From a virus (Duplodnaviria > Caudoviricetes), in the IMG/VR virus record IMGVR_UViG_3300042320_001544, positions 1-57,705 of that record: a DNA stretch of 57,705 nt; one strand, given 5' to 3'. Shown one piece after another: positions 44,487-56,400 of the stretch. The stretch's first letter is position 1. Each line of letters begins with the position of its first letter. Below the pieces are notes generated by a model. That model did no database searches. It was not told where the DNA came from and worked only from the letters and a program-made list of their open reading frames with translations. A program made the position numbers and the translations under genes.

Positions 44487-47400
44487 TCACGGTGCTTTTG
44501 GCAGCCGTTTAATCAACCGGGAAAATTCCGACATGGCCCCCTTGCCTTTACCTTCCATGGCTTCACCCATGGCCCCTTGCGGAACCGGCATGAAGTTGAG
44601 CCCAGTCAGATCACCCAGCAGCGATAGCGAGCCCGGCTTGCGTGCCACATCCTGCGGCTTGGGATAAAAGAGCCTTGGGAATTGTTTTGAGGTGCCGGAG
44701 GTGGCAAAGTTTCTTGTTTGCGTTCCTTGCCGGATGCTCTCGGTGCCCACTCCCATTTTTTGCAAGTCGGTCACGTCCTGCGGCCAGTTGGTCACGGTCG
44801 TCTTCTGAAGATCAAGGAACCCCCGTGGAATGCCCAGTTGTTCGAGCAGCGCCACTTGTTCGGGAACCGTCGCCGCTTGGATGAGCGCCGCGCGCCGGTT
44901 GATCTCAGCGATCATGGCGGCTTGCTCAGTCGCCGGCAATTCTTTGTCGGCCTTCACCTGCTGCTTCCGCGCCTTTGCCCATTCATCAACCTTAAACGGC
45001 GCATTGCCCACCGCCTGGTATTCGCCCTCAGCCGGCAGGTATTGGGACAAGCCCGGAATGTTGGACATGATTGCCTCCCTGATACCGGGGTCATACTTCA
45101 GTCCTGGAATGGGTCGCAAGCGCCGGCGGATTGGGTCCATAGCCTTGGTCACGGTGTCCCGAGCCCGGCTTGGGATGAGCGGAGCGGTGAGCAAATCAAA
45201 GAGCGCATCCGATGCCACCACCGGAAACGACTTGTCTCGGTTGTAGGGGCTGATCTTGTAAGTGACCGGCGTGAGATTCATCAATATTCCGGTCTGCATG
45301 TAGTCCTGTCCCATGTCGGCACTGTGCTCCCACATCTCCCTCCAGTCGCCATTGGCAGCCATGCCCAGCAGCACGGCCTCGCGCAGGTAGGGGTATTTGG
45401 TGAACTTCATGTAAAGGTCACCCACTCGACCAAGGTCATCGGTCAGGGTGCCATCGGTGCCGATGTCGATGCCGTATCGGCGCAGGTAATCGCGCACGAG
45501 ACGCACCACGCGGCTTGCGTTGATGCGGTCGCCAGTCCGAACGGCTCCAGCCAGATCGCGGCCTTCGTCGTCGTAATTCCGGCCAATCATCGGATCGTCA
45601 TCATCTCCACCTTCATCGCCGCTCATGGCGGCCCCGATCACGGTGAGGGCTCCCATGGTCATCAGGTTGGCCATCGAGCGCCGGCGCTGTTCGCCAGACG
45701 CGCCACGGCTCGTCGCCGTGATGAGCGCGCCGCCAGTGACGTTGTAAAGCTGACGCAGGTAGTTGTAACCCCACTTGATGAACGGGAACAGCGCCTTCTT
45801 GGTGATGCGGCCCAGTTGCGTTTGGCTTTGGTTCGGATCGATCCACGCCGGGACGTTGGCGTAGTCCATAAACCAGAACATGGCGCGGTCGTACGCGTCC
45901 TGAAAGGCTTTGGGCTGATCAGTGTGAGCGGTCTTGAGGTAGGTCAGCACCCAGTCGCGCCGGGCGCGGCCTTTGAGTTTTTGCTTGTCGGCCTCCAGAT
46001 CGGCGCGCGCGCGCAGGATGCGATAGATCATCGCCATTTTCGGGTTGGTGTCTACGTTCCCGTAGCCGATGGCTTTCAGGAAGGCGCTACCAGGGTCGAG
46101 GTTGCCAAGGTCAAACAATGCGCTGGCCTTCGGATCGATATCAAAAAGCGTCAGGCCGCCGCTATCGCTGACGATCTCCTCTGGCACCACTTCGGAAATG
46201 CGAGTCTTGGTCCGCGCAATGCGGTCGCGGGCCATGCCTCTGACCAAATGGCTAAACTCATAGGCTCCCAACTTGGCGGCCTGCCCTTGCCCCGTAACGG
46301 CGCTCAGAATGGCGTAGTTCAGGCTGTTCAGCGTCGCGATGTTGCGGAGAATTTCATTGCTGGCCCAGTTGGTCACATAGGTGCCAAAACTAACGAGCAC
46401 ACCCCGGTTGAACCGGTCCACAAACCACTCAATGGCACGCAAAAGGCTGTTCTCCGTGCGCTCGTGAGCCATGCCGGCCATCAGTTCCTTGTGCACGTTC
46501 CGATGAATTCCGTACTCCTTGTTCCAGAATCGCGCGGCATCACCCACCAGACCGCGGAGCAGTTCGGCCTGATCGGGGGTCAATGGCTCGCCTTTGGTCG
46601 GCTTGAGTTCCTCGACCAACCGGAGCCGGCGGATGTGAGCGAGCAGGATGGTCGTCAGGATTTCATCCACGTTGATCATGTCTGCCCGTTGAACTTGCGG
46701 TAAGCGGTCGAGCCTCACCGAGGCGCGATTGATCAACAGGCGGCGCGTTTCGAGGCGATTCTTTTCCCGGATCGACTCCATGGCGGTCACGCTGAACCCA
46801 TCAATCAGGTTGCGCACCTCACCGCGTTGAATCTTGGTGCCACTCCGCGTCGTGCGGGCGTCGCTCATGAAGGTGCGGAGCAGTTGCCCCATGAACTGCG
46901 CAAGGTTGCGTTGCACGGCGACATCCGGCGTCCAGCCCCCGAGGGTGGTGATCATGGGCAGCGGCGCGTCGCCAAACACATTGCGCAGCGTGTCCGGCCA
47001 TGTGTTGAAAGTCGCCAGCAGACTGCCCCGGTTAAACGTAGGCACCACGGTGCCACCAGGACCGACCTCGGTGACGTTTTCCATGCCGGGCATCAAGTAT
47101 TGATCGAGCACACCGACCGCCGTCGGGAACCGCTGGGCAAAGCCTTGGTAAATACCAGCCTGCACGTCGGCCGGCATCCACTCATACAACACAAAGCCAC
47201 CTCGATCACGAGCCAGCGCGCCCACGCTCAACACGGTGGGCACGCCCTCAATGTCTTGGGTGGTCATATCGCCGGCTGCTAGGTTTAGCGTTTGAGCTTC
47301 AAGCACGGTCAGGAAGCCAACTGGCCGTTCAAAGTCGGTGAAGATAAACGACCCATCGTCGGCGACGCCGGCCACCTCCAGTCGGCTGGCGACCGGGAGC

Positions 47401-50400
47401 ACCTGATCCAGAAACGCTTCCATGTCCTTTTTGCGGCTGCTCCAGTAACCCGGATCGCCGAACGCGGCTCGCACCTCGCGCCGCACCTTGTCCATCATCC
47501 CGTTGATCGCCGCCACGGCAAACCCTTCGTCAAACTGGTTCTTCTGAATCACCCGTTTGATGCCCGGCACAAAATAGTCGAGCTTGTCGAACCGGCCGTA
47601 AAAGTACTTAGCCAGCACGTCTGAGAAACCGCCATGCGTTGGCCGTTTTTTATTGTCTGTCTCTGCACCCTTGGCCATTTGCACCCGCCGGGCCTTGCCC
47701 TCAGCCGTGATGCCGTCCAGATGCTGAGCCGCCGGCTTGCTGGGCCGCACAGGCTGAGGGGCAAACAAAGCGAGCCCCTGTTGCTGGATGCTCTGACGCA
47801 TCGCCGGCGTGATGTCCACGCGCCAGATCCCAGTCTTGGCCGCAGAGTCTTTCCATGCTTGAAGAATAGCCGCGTCAGGTGCGTCAACGTCCCAAGTCGT
47901 TGCAAAATTTCTATCGGCCAAAACCTCCGTCAACGCTTGATTCACATTGTCAAATCCCAGCATGTCATTGCGACGAATGGCGTCTCTGGCAGCTTGTGTG
48001 GTTTTAGCCTTGCCTTCTGTCGGGATGACGGACTGCTCAACTCTTCCCCCCCACTGCTTCACAAACTTGCCAATTTCTTTGGGGAGGATGGTGTCATAGA
48101 AACCAACCATTCCTTTGCCGCCGACTTTAAGACCGTCGCCGGTGATGCTGCCGCTGCTTCCTCCGTCGATGATCTGCTGGGCGACATCTTTGCCAACGTA
48201 TTCTTCCAATTTCTCCTTGGGGATCGGGTCTGTCGAAGGGAACACATTCAAGTAATTGTCGTCTTTGACTCCCGCCAGAATGTAGGTTTTGCCCTCGTCA
48301 TCGGTGCGATACTGCAATTCATCGAGCTGCTGGCTCAGATCAAATCTCGCCACCTGCGTCTCGCCGGTGGTCCAACCGATCCACAGCTTGCCTTTCGCCA
48401 CGGCGTCTGCCAGAGCGCGCTTGAACATTTGCAGGGGCCAAGTGGCGCGGAAGGGAGCGTCAGGGACTGTCCCGATTTGCCGCACACCCCGCACAGCCCG
48501 CAGCGACTTTTCATTAGCGGCAATGGCTTCCTCCTTTGTCCGCCGGATGCCTTCAAAGCGTCCCTCATCATTTTGGAAAGCCCACTGCCCTGCATACTGT
48601 CCCGCCGTTTCCGGCATTTGGACGATTCTCGTCGAAATGATGGTTTCCGCTGATGGAGCGTCTTCGCTATACCCCTTCTTCCGCCCTTGCTGATGGCGGT
48701 CGCTTTGGATCTCTTCGATGAATGTCCCCGGCCGGCCTTGCGAATCAGTGCGCTCGTTCACCCGCATGTGCGCCACATAATTGGGCACGTTCGGAAAATG
48801 GCGGGACGTGAAGGCATTAGCAGCGTCCTTCGATTGGCCACCAATGATTGTGCCTCCGTTTTGCCGGATCAACTCGGCAACTTGCGAAGTGATGGGCTGA
48901 TCAAACTCAATGGCATACTCATTGTCTTCGCTCCTCCCGTAATCCATTTCGCTGAAGCCTTCGGCGTCCATGTCTGTCAGGAATGAATCGGCCGCTTCGT
49001 CATCAGCAAAGGTAACAGTGGTGCCCGAACCCTCGGTTTTAACGGGCATCGCCAGCACGACCTCGCGGTAGTTATGGCCCCCAGGCAGTTGGTATTGGGA
49101 GTATTTGCCGACATTCGGAGCAGCAACCCGTTTGTTGTCGATGTCCTTTTGCGCAGTCTCACGAGACGAATAGCGCCCCACCACATTGCCTGACCCATCC
49201 ACGATGACAGTGCCCATTCCATCCCCCTCGACACGCAGCGACTTGTAAAAGTCCGTTACCCCCATACTCACAACCTCTTCCAACCTCACTGCGCCATCGC
49301 TAGCGAGGTAGTCGAGCACAGCTTGCTTCTCGATCTTGTCCCCTTGGCTTTCAATCCAAGGCATGATTGCACTCCACTTGACCTCTTCGGCCTTGATGCC
49401 CGTCTGCGGGTTGGTGATGATGCCCTTGAGGGTCTTCGCATCGGCCCGCGCCGGCATCTTGGTCTTCACGACCTCCGCCAATTGCGAGTAAAACGCCGGC
49501 GTCACGGGCTGCACCCTTTCAGGCGCACCCAGTCGAACCCCCTCGCCTTTCCTCCCACCCTTCAGCCACTTGTCGAGGGCGTTGATCAACTCACTGGTGA
49601 AGTTGACGTACTCCTGAGTGCCCCAGCCCAATTGCTTGCCCAAGGGTCCAATCTGGCGGTCGGGGCGCTCGGCATCGTTCACATACTCATTGGCGTCCAC
49701 ATGATTTTGCAACCCCGCAAACGAGCGCACCCCCGCCGGGATCGTGCCGTTCGCCATGTCGGCCACAATCTCCGCCTTCGCCGTGGCCAGTCGATGCGCG
49801 AACACGCTTTCACGGGTGAGGGGTTTGATGGGCTCCGGTGCCCCGAGGGCTAGGTTGGGGACTATTCCTGTTTTGTCGATACCCACACCTACTTTTTCCA
49901 ATTCTCTGCGCAGCGAAGGTGTAACCACGTTGTCGGGTATTGTGACCCCTTCAGGGAGCGAGTCGCGGATTAATTGAGCCACCTCGGCGTCCGGGACGAT
50001 TCGTTTAATCTTGGCATAGCGAGACAAATCGACAATGCGGCCCTTGCCCCATGGGTGCGCGCCCACCGCACGTTTAGACAGGGGAGCTTGGTAGTCATCT
50101 TTTTTCGGAATTTCGATTTCGACGGTGACGTAGGGTTTCCGGTACGCAGCCGCAAACTGAGCGTTCAGCGGATTCTGCGAAGAATGAAAATACGGTGCGT
50201 AAATCGCATACACGTCATCGCCGTTTGGCCCCTTGAGTTTGAATTTGCCAGCGTTCCGGCCGGATTGAATAACCAAATCTGGGCGTTCTTCGGACTGCAT
50301 CCATTCACCCATTGGCTCGGCTGAACGAAGGTTGCCTTCCAAAAAAGTAGACATTGGAGGGTAGAGCTGGCCATCTATCAATGCCATGGTGCGATACCTC

Positions 50401-53400
50401 GTCACCGTGGGCTCGCTGTCCAGTTTTTCGATGGTTGCCTTGTCAAGGCGTCTTACCGCCTCGGGTGCCCCGAGGGCTATTCGTCCTCGTCCTCTTCCCC
50501 GTCCTCTTCCATCGTCGCGGGATTCATCCCGCGCGGGAGTTGGCCGAACCACGGCGGAAGCGTCCCTTCCTCGATCTCCTGCTCCAGATTCTCCAGCGTC
50601 TCGTCCAGATCCCAAATCAGCCCTTCCTCCTGAAGAAAGGCCCCTTGCGTCATAGCCTCGCCGAGGCTGTCCAGGAACAAATGCGCGGTCCCCCATGCCG
50701 TTTGCCCAGGCTGGCTTTCCCAAAGCCGTACCATCTGCAATTGCTCTTGCAAGGTCACGACCTTCGGGGTGGTCCTTGCTGATTGTAATGAGTCGGAAGA
50801 CGGCGGCTCTGGCTTCGTCGAGGGTGAGTTCATTCTTGAGGTAACTATCCCACACAGCCCGCACATTTGCAACATTGGCCTTCTTGGCTTTCCACGTTGC
50901 CGGGAACAATAATCGCACTGCTTCCCAAGTGATGCTCTGCACCTCGCGGGGCAACAAATTGAACGCCACGGCCGCCATCCGATACGCTTTGGCATTGGCT
51001 GCATACATGCCCTTGATGCCGGCGGCTCCATCATTTTTGACCCCTCCGCCTCCAAAATTCTGCGTCACTTCGAGGCTGGCCCCGCTGAGCGGCAGCCACA
51101 GCAACGCTGCAACGGCATGCGTGTCCATGGTCACATGACCGCTCAAATTGCGCGGATCGACGATGTTGTTGTAAAAACTACGCACCTTGTGCTGGTCACC
51201 CAGCGACGTGCTGATGACCTCATGCTCGTCGGTGAGGGTGCGGCCCTTCACCTTGACGGAACGGGTCATGACGGCAATGGCCTTCTCAATGGTGTTGTAA
51301 CCGCCCCAAGCGATCTTCAACTCAACGCCTTCTTCGTTGGTCATGTTGCCCACAAACTCACCGTGCGGCGTGACTTTCTGATAGCGAACGTCGTGGTACG
51401 TCTCCGAGAACATGCGAATGAATCGGCTCTGCAATTGGGGGTCTTTAAGGTCACTCAGCTTATTGCGAATGCCGTCTTTTTTGGATTTCCACTGAAGGCG
51501 ATCCAATTGCGCGCGCGCCCGGTTGACGTTTGCTTGGGCTTTAGTGTTGTCCCAATTGGTCCAAGTGACACTGCCATCGCTTTCGACAATCCGCTTGGCC
51601 CCGCCTTGATAGACAACCTCGCCATTTTTATCCAGCTTCTCTTTCTTGCCGCCAGTCTCCTTGTCTTTTTCCATGACCGGCTGCGGCTCTGCGGCTCGCA
51701 TGATGAATTGCTCGGTCATCTCAGCGGTCCATTCCGAGTTTTGGTGGTTCTTCCAAACGTCCATCATGCGTTCGGCGAGGCTCACGTTCATGAACCAGTC
51801 TTTCTGGGGCGAAAACACGGCGAGCACGGCGCTCGCTTGCTCGAGCGTGGCTTTGTATTTTTTACCGAAATGCTGGGCGATGATGTTGGCCCCGTCATAC
51901 CACAACGTGGCAAAGTCGCGGATGCCTTCAGGGAACATCTCAATCAGCGTTTTGAGGTTCGATTCAACGGCGGCGACGTAGGTGTTGTAAATTTTTTCGG
52001 CGTCCTCCAACGAGATGGCGCTTTCCTCTTTGAGCAAAGAGTCGATGGCCGCGTTGAGGTTCTTTTTCTCGACCTCAACCTTTTTCGTCAGGCCGGTGAT
52101 CTGCTTGTCCAGCCGTTTGATTTCGAGCGCCGTCGCCGTCTGGCCGTTTTTCTTGAGGAATGTGGCAAGGTGCTTTGCTTTTACCTGGGCTTTCTTCCAG
52201 CCCTTGGCTGTGGCGATTAGCCCGGTCGCTTCATTTTTGGCCTGCTTCAGCGCTTCGCGCGCCTCGGCGAGGGCCTCCATGGCGGAGTTGAGCGGCGCAT
52301 CAATGACCCTCATGCGTTCGGCCAAGCGCGGTTCGTCGCGACCCACCAACGGATAGCGGGTAAGCAGCAGCGCATTCTTCCGGTAAGCCAGCGGATTGTG
52401 CTTCCGTAACCGGTCGAGATCGACGTTGTGATCTCCGTCGGTGCCCTCGCCGGTCCGGCCTTTTGTCGCCGTGGCGTTGCTGGTGCCTACGGTGCGGCCG
52501 GCGACCGTTTCATCTTTGACGGCCTTCACAAAGTCAGACTGCTCAGCATCGATAGAAGGCGCGTCCTCAGCTAGCGAAACAGTGGATTTTTCAAAAGCAG
52601 GGGATTCTTCCATCAATCCGTTTTCACGGAACGAAAAATAATCGCTTGGAGAATAAGCCACCATGGCCTCTACCAATTCAATGCCGGCAGAGGACAGTCC
52701 TTCTTTCACTATGCGCGCCATGTGCCTGTTCTCCGGTGTTACGGCGGCAGAAGTTGGGCGTGACGGTTGATAAATATTTAAAGCGACAACATTGGATCCT
52801 TCTCTTGCAGCGCCTAAAAGCGCAAGAGTGGCAATGGCCGCAGGTGCGGTAGAAATAGGAATGCGCTCTACAGCACGCAACTGGAGCCGAGTATCAAGAA
52901 ACAGCAGGTGATGATGATCGGGGTCTGCTGTTCGCAGGGCGTTGAGGTAACCTGCTAATTCGTAAGGCTGGTTTAGCACGGGACGCTCTGACGAGGGCAC
53001 AGCCTCCCAGTTGGCCATGTTTCCTGTTTGAGGGACCGCTGGAGTTGGCAAAACAGGCAGCTTGGTAGTGCGGCTTGGCAAGCTCGGGATCGTTTCCGAT
53101 TTTTGATTGAGCATGCCAACCTCGCGGAACGAAAAGAATTGTTCGCCATTTGTAATAACATGATCAATAAACGGCACGTTTAACATTTCCGCCATTTCCA
53201 CCATTTTGCGGGTCATGCGTCTGTCAGCCTCGGACGGAGAAGTCTCGCCACTGGGGTGGTTATGAGCAATCAAAAACCCTTCAATTTGCATCGCAGGGTT
53301 AGCCATGCGTGCGGCCTCAAGAATGCCGGCAAGCCGGCCAATGCTCAAGATCGACTCGTTGACACTGCCAACATGCACAATTTGCGAGTGAATAACCTGC

Positions 53401-56400
53401 GAGCCATCGCCTAGCACGGCTATTTTAACACTCTCAAAGTGCGGGGTGCGCACGGCGAGGTTAAAGGCGGCAAAGTCTGCCGAAGTCTTTAGAATCGCCC
53501 CCCGAATGTTAAACCCTGGAATTTCCTGTGAAACAAAGTCATGCAGCAGCGCAGAGATTGTCTTGCCTTTAGCAAAGGCACCAGCGATGGCGGCGGTGTC
53601 AAGGGAAGTTAACCCTCTAAAGGACCGTCCAGCCTCGTCTCGGAGGGCGTCCACGCGCTCTTGGAGTCCCCGAGAAATTCCACCGGCAGTGGGTAATGGG
53701 TAGGCTTTACCACGGGCGGCGGTTGCGGAACGGATTGCGCGTTTGGCCGCGGGTTGTTTGCTGGCAGGGATGTTAACATTGTCGGCGTCAAGGTAGCCTT
53801 GAATGGCTGATTCTGCAAGGCTCACGCTGGCAGAAAGCTGATCCTTGTCAGAGTTTTTAATCTGCTCCGGCGCATACAGAACCACTTTTTTACCGTCCTT
53901 GCGCGTCTTGAGCGTTGAGAACACGTCATCAAACGCTTGGGCCACGGGCTGAATCTCGTTTTCGAGCAGGTAAGGATACCGGCCCGCGTCGCGTACAAAA
54001 TCCTCGACGGGCACCACGTTGGCCAGGTAATCGTTTTGATACCCGTCCACCTGCATTTTATGGATGACGTAGTTTTCGAACGCGCGAGCCGCGCGCTCAA
54101 TGGTGCTGCCCCAGTAATCGCTTTTGCCTTTGTCATTGCGCCGGGCGCGCTGGGTCATGGGCGAGGCATCCAGCGCCTTCACCAAGGCCGCAAACGATTC
54201 CTCGACCTCGGGGCGCACGCCCTCCTGTCGTTTCCAATCCTCGGGAGTGAAGTAACTGGGGATACCTTCGTTGATCTCATTCCAGCGTTTGACGCTCATG
54301 GATCCTCCCGTTTTGGTGTTCACATATCGAGTCTCAGGCTCGTTCGTGATGTAGACACCGGCATTGTCGCGAATGCTGAGTCCGCGCGCGCGGCCAAAAT
54401 AATGATCCAGCGCATGGAAAAACTCGTGAGCCAGCGTGCCTGCTCCTCGGGTCTTGGTGAGGTTAATGACGATGGTGCCTGGCTCGTAATGGGCCGAGGC
54501 CCAACCGTGCCCTCGGCTTCCGAAGCCCATTCCCAATTGGCCACCAAGGGACAACGCTTGAGTCGGCACCTTGAGGATGCCGGCCAGATCATGGAAGGCA
54601 TCGAACGCTTCGTTGATCATGCCTTGGCGTTCCTTGGCGTTCTTGCCTTGGCTCACCCAGTTTCCAAACTCCACGCCTCGGAAACCAAACGCGGTTTGGA
54701 AGTCCTCGGGGGTCACGTCTTTGCCTTGGCGGTAGTCTTGGGCGCGCCGCGGACGGTTCTCGGCGGTGCGCAAGTCGGTTTCTTTGACGTTGTCGCGGTC
54801 CTTTACTTGCTCCCACGCAGCGACCAGATCGGCGTAGTTGGTTTTGCGATATTCAAAGGCGGCGTCCGGCTTTTGGTCGGTGAACGTCTTCAGTGCACGC
54901 CGGAACGGATCTCCCTTTTTGGTGAGTTTAAAATTGCCGGGCGTGCCGTAGACCACAAATTCCATCTTGGCCACGGGTTTACCTGCGCTTAGCTTGGCAA
55001 TGACGGCGGCCGTCAGTTCTTCAAGGTTTTTGGCCGTGACACTGCGCCCATCCACGTTGGCGTCAGCCCACGGGCTTGGCACCTTGGCACCATTTTCAAA
55101 GCGATAAGCGTCCGGGTAATTCCGCACCGCTCCCACGCGCCCCCACTGCGCGCGGTCAATGCGTTCCAGCATCCTAATTTTGTCCACCAAGGGTCCAAAC
55201 ACGCTGCTGGTTTGGCGCATTTTGTTGAACAAGGCATCTAGCCCGAGGGTGGTGGCATCTTGCATCAGCCCCTTGATCAAGCGGATCTTTGAAACCCACG
55301 CATTGAGCTTGTAACCGCGCTGCGGCTTGGTCGGGATCGAATCGCGCAGGGTCGTGGCCAGTGCCGCAAATCGCGTATCCTCTAAGCTGTCGATCTCCGA
55401 CTTGGGCCAGATTTCGGACAAAGTTTTGCCCGCAATGTCGGAGTCGGTCAGGTCCGCATTGATGGTCGGCACCTTATCCTTGCGGGCACCTCCCAGCTTT
55501 TCACCAAAGTCTGTCAATCCGCCGGCTGCGGCAGAGCCCGCCACCTTGGCGCGAGCCTTGGCTTTGGCCTGCTCCACGTTGGAAACGGGCGCGGGTGGGG
55601 TTGCAATGAATCCCTTTGCTCTTTCCAGTAATAAAATCTGATCGGTCAGGTTGCCCGCAGGGTCCACGGTGCCACCAAAGGATTGCACGCCGCCTAGTTT
55701 ACTGGACGTGTATTGAGTGCGCTCGGCAGTCAATCGGGCAATTTCCCGATCAATCGACTCAAGGCTTGGGTATTCGGCTGCCAGTTTTTTGGCCTTGGCG
55801 TCTCGCTCTGCCTCGGATTGAGCGTTGGTTTCATCCTTGGTCGCCAATCGCGCTTTGACGTTTTCAATGCGGGTTTTGAGATATGTTACATCGCCCGATT
55901 GCTCCGCTTTCGGGATGGCATCGCGCAACGTAGAATAAGGCAAGCCCTCGCCCAGTCGGCGCTTAACCTCGGGTAGCAATGCTTTGGCTTCTGCAATGAC
56001 TGCCGTGGGCTCCCCTTCCGCCGGCTCAGGGGCTGCTTCTGGCTGGACCGGAGCCTCCGCTTGTTTCTTTGCCCAGGCGGCGTCCAGCTTTTTAGTACTT
56101 GGCAACGTCTGGTGCACGCGCTCCCTCTCACTCGGCACGGGTTGCCCGTCTTTGGTCACTCGGATGACGGTCACCCCCCACGATCCCAATGGGCCGCCTT
56201 CAGACCGGAAGGAAATCACCCGGTCAGTTCCGCCATAACCTTCCACCAACGCACCCGGCTGAAAATAGGCTTCCAGCTTGTCCAGCAGCGTTGGCTTTTT
56301 GACCTTCTTGGCGCGGGCCTTGGCCTTGGCCTTTTCAACCGGGGAAACCGGCGGCGCGGCAGGTGCCGGCTCTTGGCTCAGCCCACGGTCTGGATCTTGA

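Noticed and set aside
44718-46703. 661-aa plus-strand ORF and the many plus-strand ORFs in 19-9800 and 46800-57570
   Set aside because: Antisense or off-frame shadows of the giant gene
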